A DNA stretch of 62,717 nt, filler included, from Platydemus manokwari (taxonomy: Eukaryota), in the NCBI GenBank assembly GCA_037951405.1. It is 6 parts of 6 records of this genome, joined end to end, with 100 filler letters (N's around TTAATTAATTAA, not from the genome) between each part and the next. Parts side by side here need not be neighbours in the genome. Positions count along the whole stretch, not along the records: positions 9,536 to 18,855 come from JBBMOY011265207.1; positions 18,956 to 28,079 come from JBBMOY011295761.1; 4 more parts are not named here. One strand, given 5' to 3'. Of the stretch, positions 13,461 to 26,400 are shown in pieces. How positions within the stretch are numbered: the first letter of the stretch is position 1; every line of letters begins with the position of its first letter. Under the pieces are notes generated by a model that made no database searches, had not been told where the DNA came from, and saw only the letters and a program-made list of their open reading frames with translations. The position numbers and the translations under genes are program-made.

Positions 13461-13627
13461 ATTCTTTTACTATTAATCTAAGCAATAAGTCTTCCTGGTT
13501 TTTATGTTTATTGATTGACTAGATAACTCAGAATAAGATTTTGTTGCTCTGTTTATCTTGAAAATTAAATAAATCAGATTTATATTAAAATTTTACTTTT
13601 TTCACTTTCTTATCATAGTTTTTAGAG

Positions 13628-13760
13628 ATGTTTGTCTGACCCCACAATATCAACCTCAACAATGGAGAATGTCAATGCATTCCATTAACAAAGATATTTT
13701 AAATCTTAAAGGAAATCTTCTTATGACAAAACCAGTCGGTTACTTCTTTACACATGGATT
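13628..13760 (+). mobile_element. Short Chapaev3/CMC-like transposase remnant
   Basis: YQPQQWRMSMHS...LNLKGNLLMTKPVGY resembles the 'Y.P.EWRLFIDSS...LLH.GN..PSIP.GY' motif. Confidence 0.3.
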
Positions 13761-15273
13761 GACTGTACTTTTTCTATTTATAATTCGTAATAGTATTCAG
13801 TTAACGTTTTCATAAATTTAATAGCTATATTTTCACAGCTATGTTTCTCATTTAATTGTAAATAAAATTCTTTTTTTAGTTTCATTTTAAATAAAGCGCT
13901 TCTCGTCATAATTCGAAAATTTATCCACTTAATATTTAGTTTCTAAAATTTAATCTCTACGTACGAAAATTGTTGTTTTAGTACATGTAATAAATGCTTT
14001 ATCGATTTTCCCTTATTTATTCCTCAATTTACAAAAGCCTTTTTTAAAATTACAAAAATAAAATAATGAATTTTGCTAATGAATATTTGTAATTTTATTT
14101 AATTTACATGTCCCTCACTTTTTCAAAAATTTCATTTAGATACCAATTTTCTTTAGCTTGTTACCAGATTCTTGTAACCACTGAGGAGAGACCAGCAAAA
14201 TATCATTTTATAATAGCAGTTGGTCCAAATTTATCAGCACTATTAAATTCACACCATTAAACATTTTTTTATTCAATTCGTTATCCAAATTTTACTTTTC
14301 ATACTCTTTTCCTTCGAACAAACAAATTATAATAAATTAATTGATGTTTTGCACCAATTTATGGATTTCTTTTAATTATTGATAATAAACTTCTTCTCTC
14401 ATCACCTAACTCCTGAAATATGTTTAGTTTTATCACAAATTAACTCGTCAATCAGAGCTTAAACGGAAAATCTGGTGACTAATGTTTTTATTCCATTTCC
14501 ACCATCTAAATTGAATAGAATATTGAAGTTGTGATTACAATATTAATAATAATTATTATTATTATTAATAAATACTATTATGAATTACTTGATGGTGCTG
14601 AAGTCAAAATATTATTATCTAGAATAAAATCAATATATTATCATTATTTTATTTTATTTTCAATCTACTTACTGATTATCAGTATTAAAAACACATTCAA
14701 ACAATTTGTTTTCATTTCAATTTCAATGAAAATATATTTAAGTTTTTACTGTCAATTATTTATCAAATACATCAAAGTAAATGAAAGTAGTGACGAAAGA
14801 ATATAAAAATCGTTCCAAATATTAATTACTCAATAATTTATTGATTTTAAGTCAAAAGAGATTAAATTGATTTTCAATGAAATCGACGAATATCCTTCCA
14901 TTCTATTTTCTTGTAATCTTATCGATCATCCCTGAAGAAGTTCTTCATTTGAAAAACCAATAGTTTGCATTATTTTTTGAGCAACAAAAGTTGCTTGTAA
15001 AACATTTACTGAATCTGTGACGCCTTCAAAATTATTAATTTCGAATGTGTTTTAAGCAAGGGTCTTGATCAAAGTTTTATCCAATCAAAAGCTTAGTCAT
15101 TTTTGTCATAATAATTGCAAATATTGATTCCTTGTCCATGTGCACACCATTGTCATTGTAATGCAACTTGTCTGATAAATCTTAAAATTTAAAATTGAAG
15201 CAAATATGTTTTTCATCTTCTATCAATGACAAGTGAGTGAATAAATTGATTTTATAAATTATTGAATTTATAT

Positions 15274-16498
15274 ATTTCGTTTTTATTAGAAAAAAGATAT
15301 CTGAAGATCAAAGTTAAAATATTCTCGGTACATCATTAACAAGACTGGAAAGTTCAAGATTTAAATTTAAATAAATCGATTAGAGTTGGTTATATGATTT
15401 ATCCTGCAAGATGAAGAATAACCAATGCGACTTAAATTTTTTTTGCAACTTTAACACGAAACAACTTTCGGCTACCGAAATTAATCACTTTCTCGTCGAA
15501 AGTTGTGGAGCATAGAACGTCATCAGCCTTCAGAGAGTACAGCAGATTATCAAGAAGCGAAAAGAAGGTTCGGGACGACCAAGAACGAGCACCGCTGTAG
15601 AAGATGTCATTATTACGCGTAAAATGATTGAAGAAGATTGCTACTTAAGCTGTAGGCCATTTCAAGAGTCAGTGATATTAAAGAAACAAGTGTTCGATGC
15701 ATATTGAAATAAGAACTTGGAAAGAAGTCACTTTGCCGCAGATGAATTCCTCACATTCTGACGGATAATAGAAGAGAATAAGAGTGACTTGTTATCAAGA
15801 AATGTTGATAATTTATTCGGGAAGAAAGGATAAGAATTATTGTGATCGGTGAAAAATGGATTTATCTTCGAGAATGCAACCGTGTTTGGATGGATGGCAC
15901 AGGTGATGGTCCAACTATTGCTAGGCGTACAATATCTGATCGCAAAGTTCTGATTATTGTTGCCAGCAACTATGCAAAATCACTAACATATTTCGAAATT
16001 CTTAAGAAAGGTGGATCCATCAAAGCTGAGAGATACTCACAACTCCTGCAGAATATAAATTTAAACTTTCAAACAAGACTACCTACTTAGGAAACGCCCA
16101 TTCAGCATGACAACGCTAGATCTCAAGCAACACAGTTAATTCGACTTTGGCTTAAAGAACACCGTATGTCTCTATTAAAGCAGCCGGCCTACTCACTCAA
16201 CTCAAAGCTTATGGATCGCTTTATCTTTAGAAACTACAAGTGGTACCGAAGTGAAAAAAACTTCAATAATTCATGAGAAATGAGCAACGATTTTCGCCAA
16301 AATTTTGAGTTAACATCGGAGGCCAAGATCGCAAGTGAGTTTCAAATTTTTACCCATCACCACCGGAGTATCATTAAAGCTGATGGAGACTATGTTTAGG
16401 CTTTGTTATGGTTTGCTAACACTTTTAAATTGTATTTTTTTTAGATTTTGATAAGATTTCATCGACGTAGAAAAAAGAATTTTTTGCCGGCCTATATA
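15274..16498 (+). mobile_element. Mariner (DD34D) element, copy B, near full-length pseudogene
   Basis: ATG at 15411, HFLVESCGA.NVISLQRVQQII, KEGSGRPRTS, WIPH-like motif, IVIGEKWIY, IQHDNAR and QPAYS..S.LMDRFIF. The right TIR ends ...TTTGCCGGCCTATATA and the left TIR is partly lost. Multiple stops and frameshifts. Confidence 0.92.
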
Positions 16499-17479
16499 TA
16501 AAAAATGAAATATAATTTTTCATTAATAAAATTAGACAATAATCGAGATGACGTACTCTGTTTTTTCTTAAAAATTATTAATAACAACATTATATATTAA
16601 TTTATAAATACAATTTTTTTCAAGCTCGCGCGAAAATAACATAAAATATTCTTAATTAGTCGACTTTATAATTCAAAATATGAATATTGGCCTTAGTGGA
16701 ACACTAAATGTAAATTTATTGAATCACATTTGTAATATTACCTTAAAAACTTTCAACTCTACCTTAATGATCAAATTCTGTTTTAATAATAATCAATACT
16801 GGTTTCAGAATTATTTTTCTCATTTTAATTATTAACGAAAACAATGTCATTATCATTATCGTTATTCTATTTCAGCTGAATTCTCTTTTAAAATTTCATT
16901 TCTGACTTTATTCAATAAATGAAGTCAATAATTTTAATAATTTTCAGATTTTTTTTACTTTATCAAAGTGTGCGTCATTGATAAAATTTATTGACTTATC
17001 AACACCGATAGAAAGATTGATATTTTTCAGTTAGTCATATTAAAAGTAGACACCATCGCAGGTGCTTTTTGATACGTCCTGTTGATTTCTTCGGTGTATT
17101 ATATTTAAAATTTCCTGGACTATCTTTTCCCATTAAGTTCTCATAAAGTGTTTTAAAATGGCTATGAATTCCAGCAATACATCTTCAGAACAACGACAAA
17201 ATATTTGGAAAGAAATAAATGAGAATCAGTTGTACCACTGAGTTAAGTGAAATTAGTAAATAATATAAAGACCTGGAAGATGTGAAAGATGGAGTAAAAA
17301 GAGAAAATTGAGAGGAATCGAAAAATGTGGAAATAATGTAAGAATGAAAATTATTAGATGCTAAAATTAACTTAGTCTTGATCATTGATTTAAACGTTTT
17401 AGTTTTTTGGTTCAGATGATGCCATATTCAGTCATACTATGTGTACTTAGTTTGTATTTCAATTGTAAAGAGGCTATCG

Positions 17480-17700
17480 TTATTGTTAACTGAGCCATAT
17501 GCAGCACTTCCTTATCCCATTTTAATAATGCTCTTCTTTTATACTAACTCGTCGAAAGTATTTCCAACATACACACTTGAACTAGCTCTTAAATATGTTC
17601 AAAAGCCTTCATATAGGTGGTCTATATATCGTTTTACATAACGCTTGACCATAGGTCCCTGTCAAAAAGGCTAGATCAGCTAGAAAACTTAAATGATACC
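17480..17700 (-). mobile_element. Possible LINE reverse-transcriptase remnant
   Basis: Minus-strand AFD-like and NGIRKCCI (GIRQGC-like) motifs in the expected order, very degraded. Confidence 0.3.
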
Positions 17701-18855
17701 CAAAAATTAGATATTTGAACCACTGTTATAAAAGGTACCGTCGTGTATCAGTGAGTAAAATTTGAAGGCTTAATTCTTTTCTAAAATTTTTTCAATTTGA
17801 AGATGATGTAGTTGTGGTCATTAAAGAATTGAATTTTTTTCTGGACAAAGATGACAAAAATTCACAAACACATATATATACACTTTTTATCATTTATTCC
17901 TAGATTGTGCCATAGGCTTAAGAAATCTCATAATAATCATCAATGAATTAGTGGTACAAACTGCTACAACATGGTTCAATATATCACTTTAAAAATTACC
18001 TTTCGTAAGCACATTATTATTAGATGTAGTCGGTTTAAATAAAAGATAATTATCGTTATCGTTATTTCTGTTCATAATAGAGAGAGAGATTTGTATCGAA
18101 TATCAGTTGTTATATTATTATTACGATATCCATGTTGATAGGCTTACTGGTTTTTAAAATATCTTGAAAGTTCTTGTATATTGTTCTTTTAATTAAATAT
18201 AGAAACAGTTCAACGGATTAACTATTATTAGATGTTTAAAATGGTCATGCAAGTAAGACAAATCTGTGATTTATTCGACTATAACCTTGTTCTGATTGAA
18301 ACTCTATAGATAATAATGCGATTTATTTATGTACCAAAAATATTGATTTATTCGATAAATAAAAAATAATCTTAAACCACACAACTTTTGTTCGGTTAAT
18401 TAGATTAAAAAAATAATTAATTAAAGAGATTTTTATTGTGGAACTATAGATCATTGAGAACAATGTACCGGGCTTGTGTATTTGGTACAGTAACATGTTT
18501 CAACAACAAAAAGACGGTGAAAAATATAAAAGGAGTCGTTTATAGATGTAAAAACTTGCTAAATTATCAAATAATTTAGGAGTAACAGTTATAATTTCAA
18601 TGGACAAAGATAAAAATAATCATTAAACACATTTTGTTTAAAATTTTGAATATTCCAATATTTAAACAATCGAGAAATTTAATATCAATTACTGGCAATT
18701 TCTAAACATTAAATAATGATAATATTAGAAAATAGTTAGCTTAAATAATGCATATTTAATTATTAACGTGATTCGTTAATGTGAGATATTTGATATTAAA
18801 TGAATTTCAATTTGATTCGAAACAATTTTAATTTACATTTATTCAAATTTTAATC

Positions 18856-18955
18856 NNNNNNNNNNNNNNNNNNNNNNNNNNNNNNNNNNNNNNNNNNNNT
18901 TAATTAATTAANNNNNNNNNNNNNNNNNNNNNNNNNNNNNNNNNNNNNNNNNNNN
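18856..18955. other. Artificial assembly spacer
   Basis: N-TTAATTAATTAA-N. Confidence 0.95.
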
Positions 18956-19646
18956 ATGGATATTTGTCATTAAATAAACAATTTATTACTTTAAATAAAT
19001 TTATATTCTAATTTTACCAACACCATCTTTCAAATACAATGTAAATGGAATAACAATAAAATCTATTACATACACATTCCAAGAATATTTGAATATTTAT
19101 GTCATTAAATAAACAATTTGTGACTTTAAATAAATTTAGATTCTAATTTTACCCACAAAATTTGATTATCATTTAAATATAATATATTGGACTAATAATA
19201 CATTATTAACAATAATAAAATCCATTGTAAACAAATACATATGTAATCGAATAATGCACACATTTGTCTACTGCCAACATGAGTATTCTTCCTAATGCGC
19301 TTGTATGCATTATTATGTACAATGTTGAATTTATGTGTAGAAATAAAAGGACAAATACGAACAGCTAAGGTTGTATGTGTGTTCATCAATTATTTCTAGG
19401 ACACATAAAGTTATTGGCTGTTTCCAAATTTAAACGACTAATCAAATTGGCTTATCAGACAAAAGTTCAATCTTATTTTTGATAATTTAAATTACAAAAA
19501 TTAATATTGTTTTATTTTTGGACAGATTTCAGTCAATTTTATAACATTATATCAATTATTTATTGAACATTTATTATTTGAATTATATGATGTTTATTTT
19601 AAAGTAAGCAGTTCTATTGTAATTAAAATTTTTATTTTGTCTACAG

Positions 19647-22600
19647 ACTAGGAGCCGAAGCATTAAATCGCTTGGAAGAACATTTGAATGAACAATCAAA
19701 CCAACCAACACAAATTAATCAGAAAAATATCACAAATAATTGCCTCTATTCATACACTTCAAACATTGAATCTAGTATTCTTTATAATTTATTATTAACG
19801 GATGACGGATCATTGTCTAAACCTAAAAGTCTACTAAATCCAAATTATAAAATCAACATTGACCAACCAATGCCACCCAGATCAAATACTATTTCATATT
19901 GTGAACAGCATCATGATCCTGTCAATCTCTCTCCCAGACCTTATTCAGCACCTCAGTCTTTAACAGAAAATTCTTCAAATATCCGAAAACGAAAACATTC
20001 TATTATGTCAGATATCGAAGAGCTAAAAACTATGATATTTATCAAAAATTGTAAAATTAACATGTCCAAATTACCAGAAAAAGCTGATTCACCCACCTTT
20101 TCTTGTTCAACAGATTCATTTAGTGAAGAACCTATGGATTTGTCGAAAACCGGTGACCAAATTCAAATTCACAGCACAGCATACAATGCCAGATCAATTG
20201 TTATCTCGTGGCTTATAGACATTGTTGCGATGATAAATCCTAATAATGAACAGTCCAATCGAAATCTTGCAGAATTATCACTAAACGTAAGACTGCATTT
20301 ACTTCAGTCTACGTGGCATAGAATTATTGTGACATATTTATTCGAACATTTAATGAAAACATCAAATATTCACATGGAAGGAATAACAAAATTTATTGCT
20401 TCATTGAGTGGAATTAGTAACAGATCAGTATTGAGTAATAAAAAAACTTCGAAAATGTACAAAACTCAGCTAGAAGAATTAAATAATATATTATATCAAA
20501 TAAAAAAACTCAATCTTGATCCAAATTCGATGCATTTTTTTAGATTGGGCCTCTTTTTAACAGGTAATTTGTTTATTGTTTGACAATTTAAATTTCAGAC
20601 AAATTATTTATTCATAGATATTATGTTTAATAATGAATAACTGACTTATAAAATAAAAATTACAAAATATATTAATGAAATTTTTAATAAGATAAATGTA
20701 CAAATGCGATTTTAAATAATATTCATATTATTTGAATTTTGTAAATCTTTTTATAAGTGTAATTAGTAAGATCATTAATTGAACACACACTTCAATAATT
20801 TCCCGAATTTCGATTTAATCAAAGTTTTAGTTCAATATAGATATTCTATAATTAATTTTCAATTATATATTAAACAATAATTATTAGAAAATTTGTTCAT
20901 GAATATCTAATTTAAGAATTATAGTGCGATTCATATTTTGCAAGTTATTTGTACTTTACTGACATTCTAATTATTACCTAGCGTTAATGCTTAAATTGAA
21001 AATCAATTTTCTGCTGTCAATATTTACAATTCGAAAATATGTATTACGTACTACATAGTAAAACGTTATGAAAATGTAGAACGTTAGAAAAATAGAAATT
21101 TGTGACTGATGATTAGTTGTAGATTTGACTGTTTTGTTCCCCATCAATTGGAAAAAATAGACAGGTTTATGCTATAAATTTTTTATTGGTAAATATTATT
21201 TCCAGAATTATCATTTCTACATGAATGACATAATAAGAAAACTTGTTAGAATTTATAATTAATAATTTATACTGTAATGTTGGCTTTTCAAATATTAGAA
21301 GAAACTAAGATTGTAATAGTGATTATTCATTAAAACAAAAATGATTAATCAATCAGTCAGATAAATAATGATTAAATTTGACATAATAAATTATTTGAAT
21401 TTTTTAATAAATAAGATCTAATTTACAATGTTTGATCAGTGGGAAACTATTAGTAAAAATCTTGATCCAAGAAAAAATTTTAATCACATTTTTAAAATTT
21501 TCAAATCTAATTGATGATCTCGATTGTAATTCTAATAAAATTTAACTGCTAAATTAAGATTAGTTTTCATTAAATATTCGATAATTACTATAACATATCA
21601 CTGATATTTAATAATGTAAATCTATATTGAATTTATTAATAAGTCTGTACAAAACTATTTGTAAGTAAACTCATTCACTAACGAACGTAGAAATAATGTG
21701 AAATGTTAGCCAGTCATCATTTCATTTCATATGAGAGATGTATTAATTGACGAGAGAATGAATATGATTCACTCTATGTTAGTCTTATTAATTTTAAAAA
21801 AGTCCTGAATAATTACTGAAAAAAATATGTAGATCTTTAAAATCTCAAATTGTTTCCAAAAATGTCGAAAAAATTATAGAATAAAATCATAAATATTTAT
21901 GTAGGTGATGTGTAATCATTGTATAATTGAACATATAAAATAAATTTTATTTCACCATATCATTTTAGTTCAAGTTCTATGATTGATCCTGATAAAACTT
22001 TCACAACAGTACATTATGAATAAATCATGACGGATGTTGACTGATCTATATTAAGTCTAATTTAATTGTTGATTTGATTTTTGGTATTTCATAATTCAAG
22101 TGTAAATTTAATTCAATGCGCACTTTAGGGTTAAAATCGAAAATCGTATGAATTATTCATTAAATTATATACCTAGATTTTCATTTAACGTATTCTAATT
22201 TTAAAGAATAACATGGCAATGGTCAAGTGAAAATAATAATTTTTTTTCATTCGAAATTCATCACGTTAAATTAAACTAATTTTAGTAAAAATAACCACGA
22301 ATAACATTTTCAGGTCGCTACTATTCTTCAAATAAGTATATCTTAATACGAATCTATTTATAATTAATTATTATAATTAATGTTTATTTTCATATTTATT
22401 CTGTTTACATAATTGAAATCTGGCGGAAAATTTCTTTTAAATCACTTCTTTAGATTAAATTCTTTAATTAAATTAATACACAAAAAATAATTAAAATGTA
22501 GATATAATAACTACGATTAATGTTACAATCAAAGTTGATAATAAAAATTTATTTTCCACATAATGCATTGGATGAATTTTCTGCAATGAACAAAGCTACT

Positions 22601-23458
22601 TTAATCATCGTCAGGTAAGAACTACGTAAATGTAGGGGTTTGCTTGTAGAAATTGTAATCGGCCAATTTTATCTAGTGGCTAAAATGATGTACTTTTTTG
22701 TTTCATTTATAAACTCTAGACAGATGTCCTAGTTTTGTAGACACACTGTATTACATGCTAGGATGAAGGTGGAATTTTCTTCCCGGCATTGTCTGTGAGA
22801 CTTTATCACAGTAACACACACACAATCTCGTTAGCAGTTTCCGAGTGCATTAAGTTGAGTCAGTTGCTGGTAAAGCAATTGTCGAGTCTATTGATCTGTA
22901 TAATGGAAATATATTGTGTTTGGTTAGGAAAGAAAAATATTATTTTTAATACGTTTTTTCTCAGATTTGTTTTTGCAATTTTGAAGGTCATTATTATAAT
23001 GTCGATCAACGCGATTTTGTTATTTTAAAAATATATCATAAATAGAACATTAGTAATCAAAGTAATGTGATACTGTTTAATCATCACGTAATTGATGTGA
23101 ATAGAGCAGTTTTTCGTCGCTTACAATTTACAAATCGATTTAAAATAATCAATTCCACTTTATGAATAGACTTTGAAAAAATATTTTTGGAAAACATTGT
23201 TATTTATTATATGTAATTAATGTAATATTTTTTATTTTTTCTCTAGGAAATCATGATGAAACAAATAAAAAGAATCTAAATCTTATAGAAATGTTCATTC
23301 ATTCGAAAATCGGGATAAATGAATTGAATATATCAATTATCAGAGATACCATTGATAACGTTTTGAAATTAAACTCGGTGATTATTGAAACAATCTTTTA
23401 CGGCCATCTCGATGAGTCGGTGGAAAAAGTTATTGAACATTTACTTCATCAATCATGA
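19647..23458 (+). CDS. Divergent nuclear hormone receptor (hinge/disordered region plus ligand-binding domain, NR2/NR0B-like); 5' end uncertain
   Basis: Exon 19647-20563 (acceptor CTACAG, donor GTAATT) splices in phase 1 to exon 23247-23458 (acceptor CTCTAG). LBD signatures: LAELSLNVRLHLLQSTWHRI (F..L...DQ..LL...W), QIKKLNLDPNSMHFFRLGLFLT (L.lD..E...Lka..LF) and the C-terminal VIIETIFYGHLDESVEKVIEHLL (H11/AF-2-like). RKRK basic motif and EEPMDLSK lie upstream. Candidate 5' exons are 19279-19302 and 19350-19369. Confidence 0.75.
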
Positions 23459-26400
23459 ATTATTATTTTTATCATACCTCGATAATTTTTCTATGTTGCT
23501 TTATACCAAATGTCAATGCATGTAAAAAAGATTTTTAAAATAATGTTATTTTTAAGTTATTTTAGTTCTGTTATTATAAATGAAATGGATCACTAAAAAG
23601 AGAAATCTTGTCTTATCACGAAAAAAACTTGAATGTGTTTTGTATAAATTATTTACTTCGAAAGAATCTCGAGGTTAAATAAGTTCAGTGGATTAGTACA
23701 CTTATAGATTTGAATCGGTTGATTTTTAGAAGATGACGTAATCAGAAATACATGCACAAAAATCAGCACTTTTGCTTATTTGTTACTTTATTCTAATATG
23801 GCATGTTAGCATATAATGAGAAATAAATTTGGATGAATCAGCAATTATCTTTAGTAGTGATAGCGCAGAAAAAATCCGTGAGTATTTCCTTTTGATTTGT
23901 GTTTGTATGTAAATGATTTTGGTACAAAGTTAAATTTCTTTATTAGGCAGCTTTGTCGATAAAAATTACGTCACAGTTGCCCAGTTACAAGCATGAGTCA
24001 TTTGATTTCTTTATTTGGCCCTGATTATTTCTAAGATTATACTTAAAAGAGAATTTGTTTCTCTGATTAAATTATTTCATGATAAACAATGCTGGTTCGT
24101 CCTCGTTACTTACAGTTTGTAGGATTAACAATATTATGAAATAATATTTCTAACATTAGAGGAAAATTTTATTTATTATTTTGGTAATAGTTTTGTTTGA
24201 TAAGTAGTTTATAATTAATAAAATAGCTGCTAAATTAGGCAGATTTTACTGAAAATTTTTAGTTGAAACAAATTTCACTGATCACTAATTTCAACCGGTT
24301 CTTTTTAGTTAGGACTTCAATACACTTCACCGTTCATTATATTAATGCTCCTTAAATGTAATGCATTCCGTATTGATAACTGAAACTCTTTATTAAAGTT
24401 ATGTATTTATAATCTTCTAATTAATATTAAAATCCTTTCAAACGGTTCTGAAAGATATGCTTCTTCATAATATGAATCTTGTTTCATCTTACTACACGAG
24501 ACAAAGATTTGAATATGTATTAATTTTAAATGATGAAGACTGTTTCAATGTGATGGTAGATATACCTTCACAGATGAATTACAAATCAGACTACTTTCAT
24601 TTATTAAAATTCTTTAGTTGTTTTTTATTAAACAAATTTGGTAGTGAAATTATAATTGAAAATAGGTTAAAAAATGCCGTGGATTATATAAAAGCTGAAA
24701 TCAAAAACGTTTTATTTAAGAAATACTAAACTTGCTTATGAATTCGAAAAACTTAATTTTTAATAATTGATTAATTTTTATGGATAATGTTAAAATCTTT
24801 AATTTTTTATAAGTAAAAGCTCAAATACAAAATTTCCCATTAAATTAATTTTGGTTTTTTAAAACTATACTCGAATAATCTCTTATAATAAATCTCTTAT
24901 GTAAACTCTTATAATCTTCCAGTAAATTGATGTTTTGTGCAAATTTAAAATTACTTTGTTACATATTAGAAACATTTGGCAGGATAAATTCTTAATTAAA
25001 ATAGCTCTTTGAATTCTATTAGAATTTCCTCAACATTAAATAAATATTGCAATAAAATTTATTAGAAAGTTTTTTAGGACTAGTTCATGAGATCGTACTA
25101 ACATTAATTTAAATGCTTAATAATCTTCGTGACAAACATACTAGTTATCATGATATAAAAAATTTCGTAGATTTATTAAGTTGACATGGTAGTTATGAAA
25201 TGGAACAACACTCAATTAGAATTAGACTAAACGCATTGGATTTAACAAAAAAGGACACGAAAATAGTATATTACCATTTTGTAGATAAGTTAAATATCAC
25301 AATTGGTGAAAGTCTATTAATCTACTTTAGTGCTTATTTAAATTTACTGATAAAGTTACTCTCACCAGCTCGTGAGTCTCTTAATATTGCAATACAAAAA
25401 TTATCAAGCAAGACAAAATAATATCTTAACCTTTCACAATTATATGTGAATTTGCAAGGGTTAGGTTTAATAAAATACAGGTTGAGCTTGTCAAATAATT
25501 TCGAAAGTTATATATTGCTATAATAACTATCTGACTTCATTGTCTGTTACCCTGTCTATACTACTCGATAATATTTAAACAGATAGTAATAATAACAATA
25601 AGGACAAATTTGATTTAAATAACATATTCAAATTATCAAAATAAAGGAATAGACTTTGGTTTAACCCAATCAAGATATTAGTATAACTATTGCTACATAT
25701 TATAGACTGCAAGAAAACATCAATGGGTCTTACAAGGTGGTGCAATATCTTGTTAAAAGTAGTGGGTATGTGATAGTGTTGGTCTGCTAATGATTTTCAT
25801 AGACTTTGCTTAAACATTTAATAACATTACCAGTTTGTATATTGTTGCAAACTATAAGTTTGAATAGAAGGTTTTAATCTTGAGAATAACTAAACATGGA
25901 GATAATAATATAAATTTCAAACTATAAGTACCTTGAATGTTACGCTTAATCCTTGTTTAAAGTTTCTTCGTAAAATTATAGTGTTTAAATTTCGACGAGT
26001 GAGAACTGATATTTTTTGTTGTAACTTTAAATGCGGAGAATAATGGCCGAATAATGAGTAATTTTGTGATCAAATCTTACCCTTATGTAGTAATTTTCCG
26101 CGAACGCGAGGGTTGTTAATGCTTTGTTTGTTCTTTGAAAAAGATAAGATATGGGATTTCTATGAACAGTTTTTATACTAATTACTTTATTGGCCTTTGT
26201 TTGTTTTCGTGTCTTTATGTTTTATTTATTCGTATTGATCTGCTTTTGGAATCGTTTCTTCGCACTGTCTTTATTATTTACTTTGTATTTGATTTCATGA
26301 TTAATATATTATTGGATTGTGTGTGGTTTAAGACTGAATTATTTAATGATCTGACTCCAAAATCCATGGTAGTTGTCATACTGCAGTAATATGCGTTATT

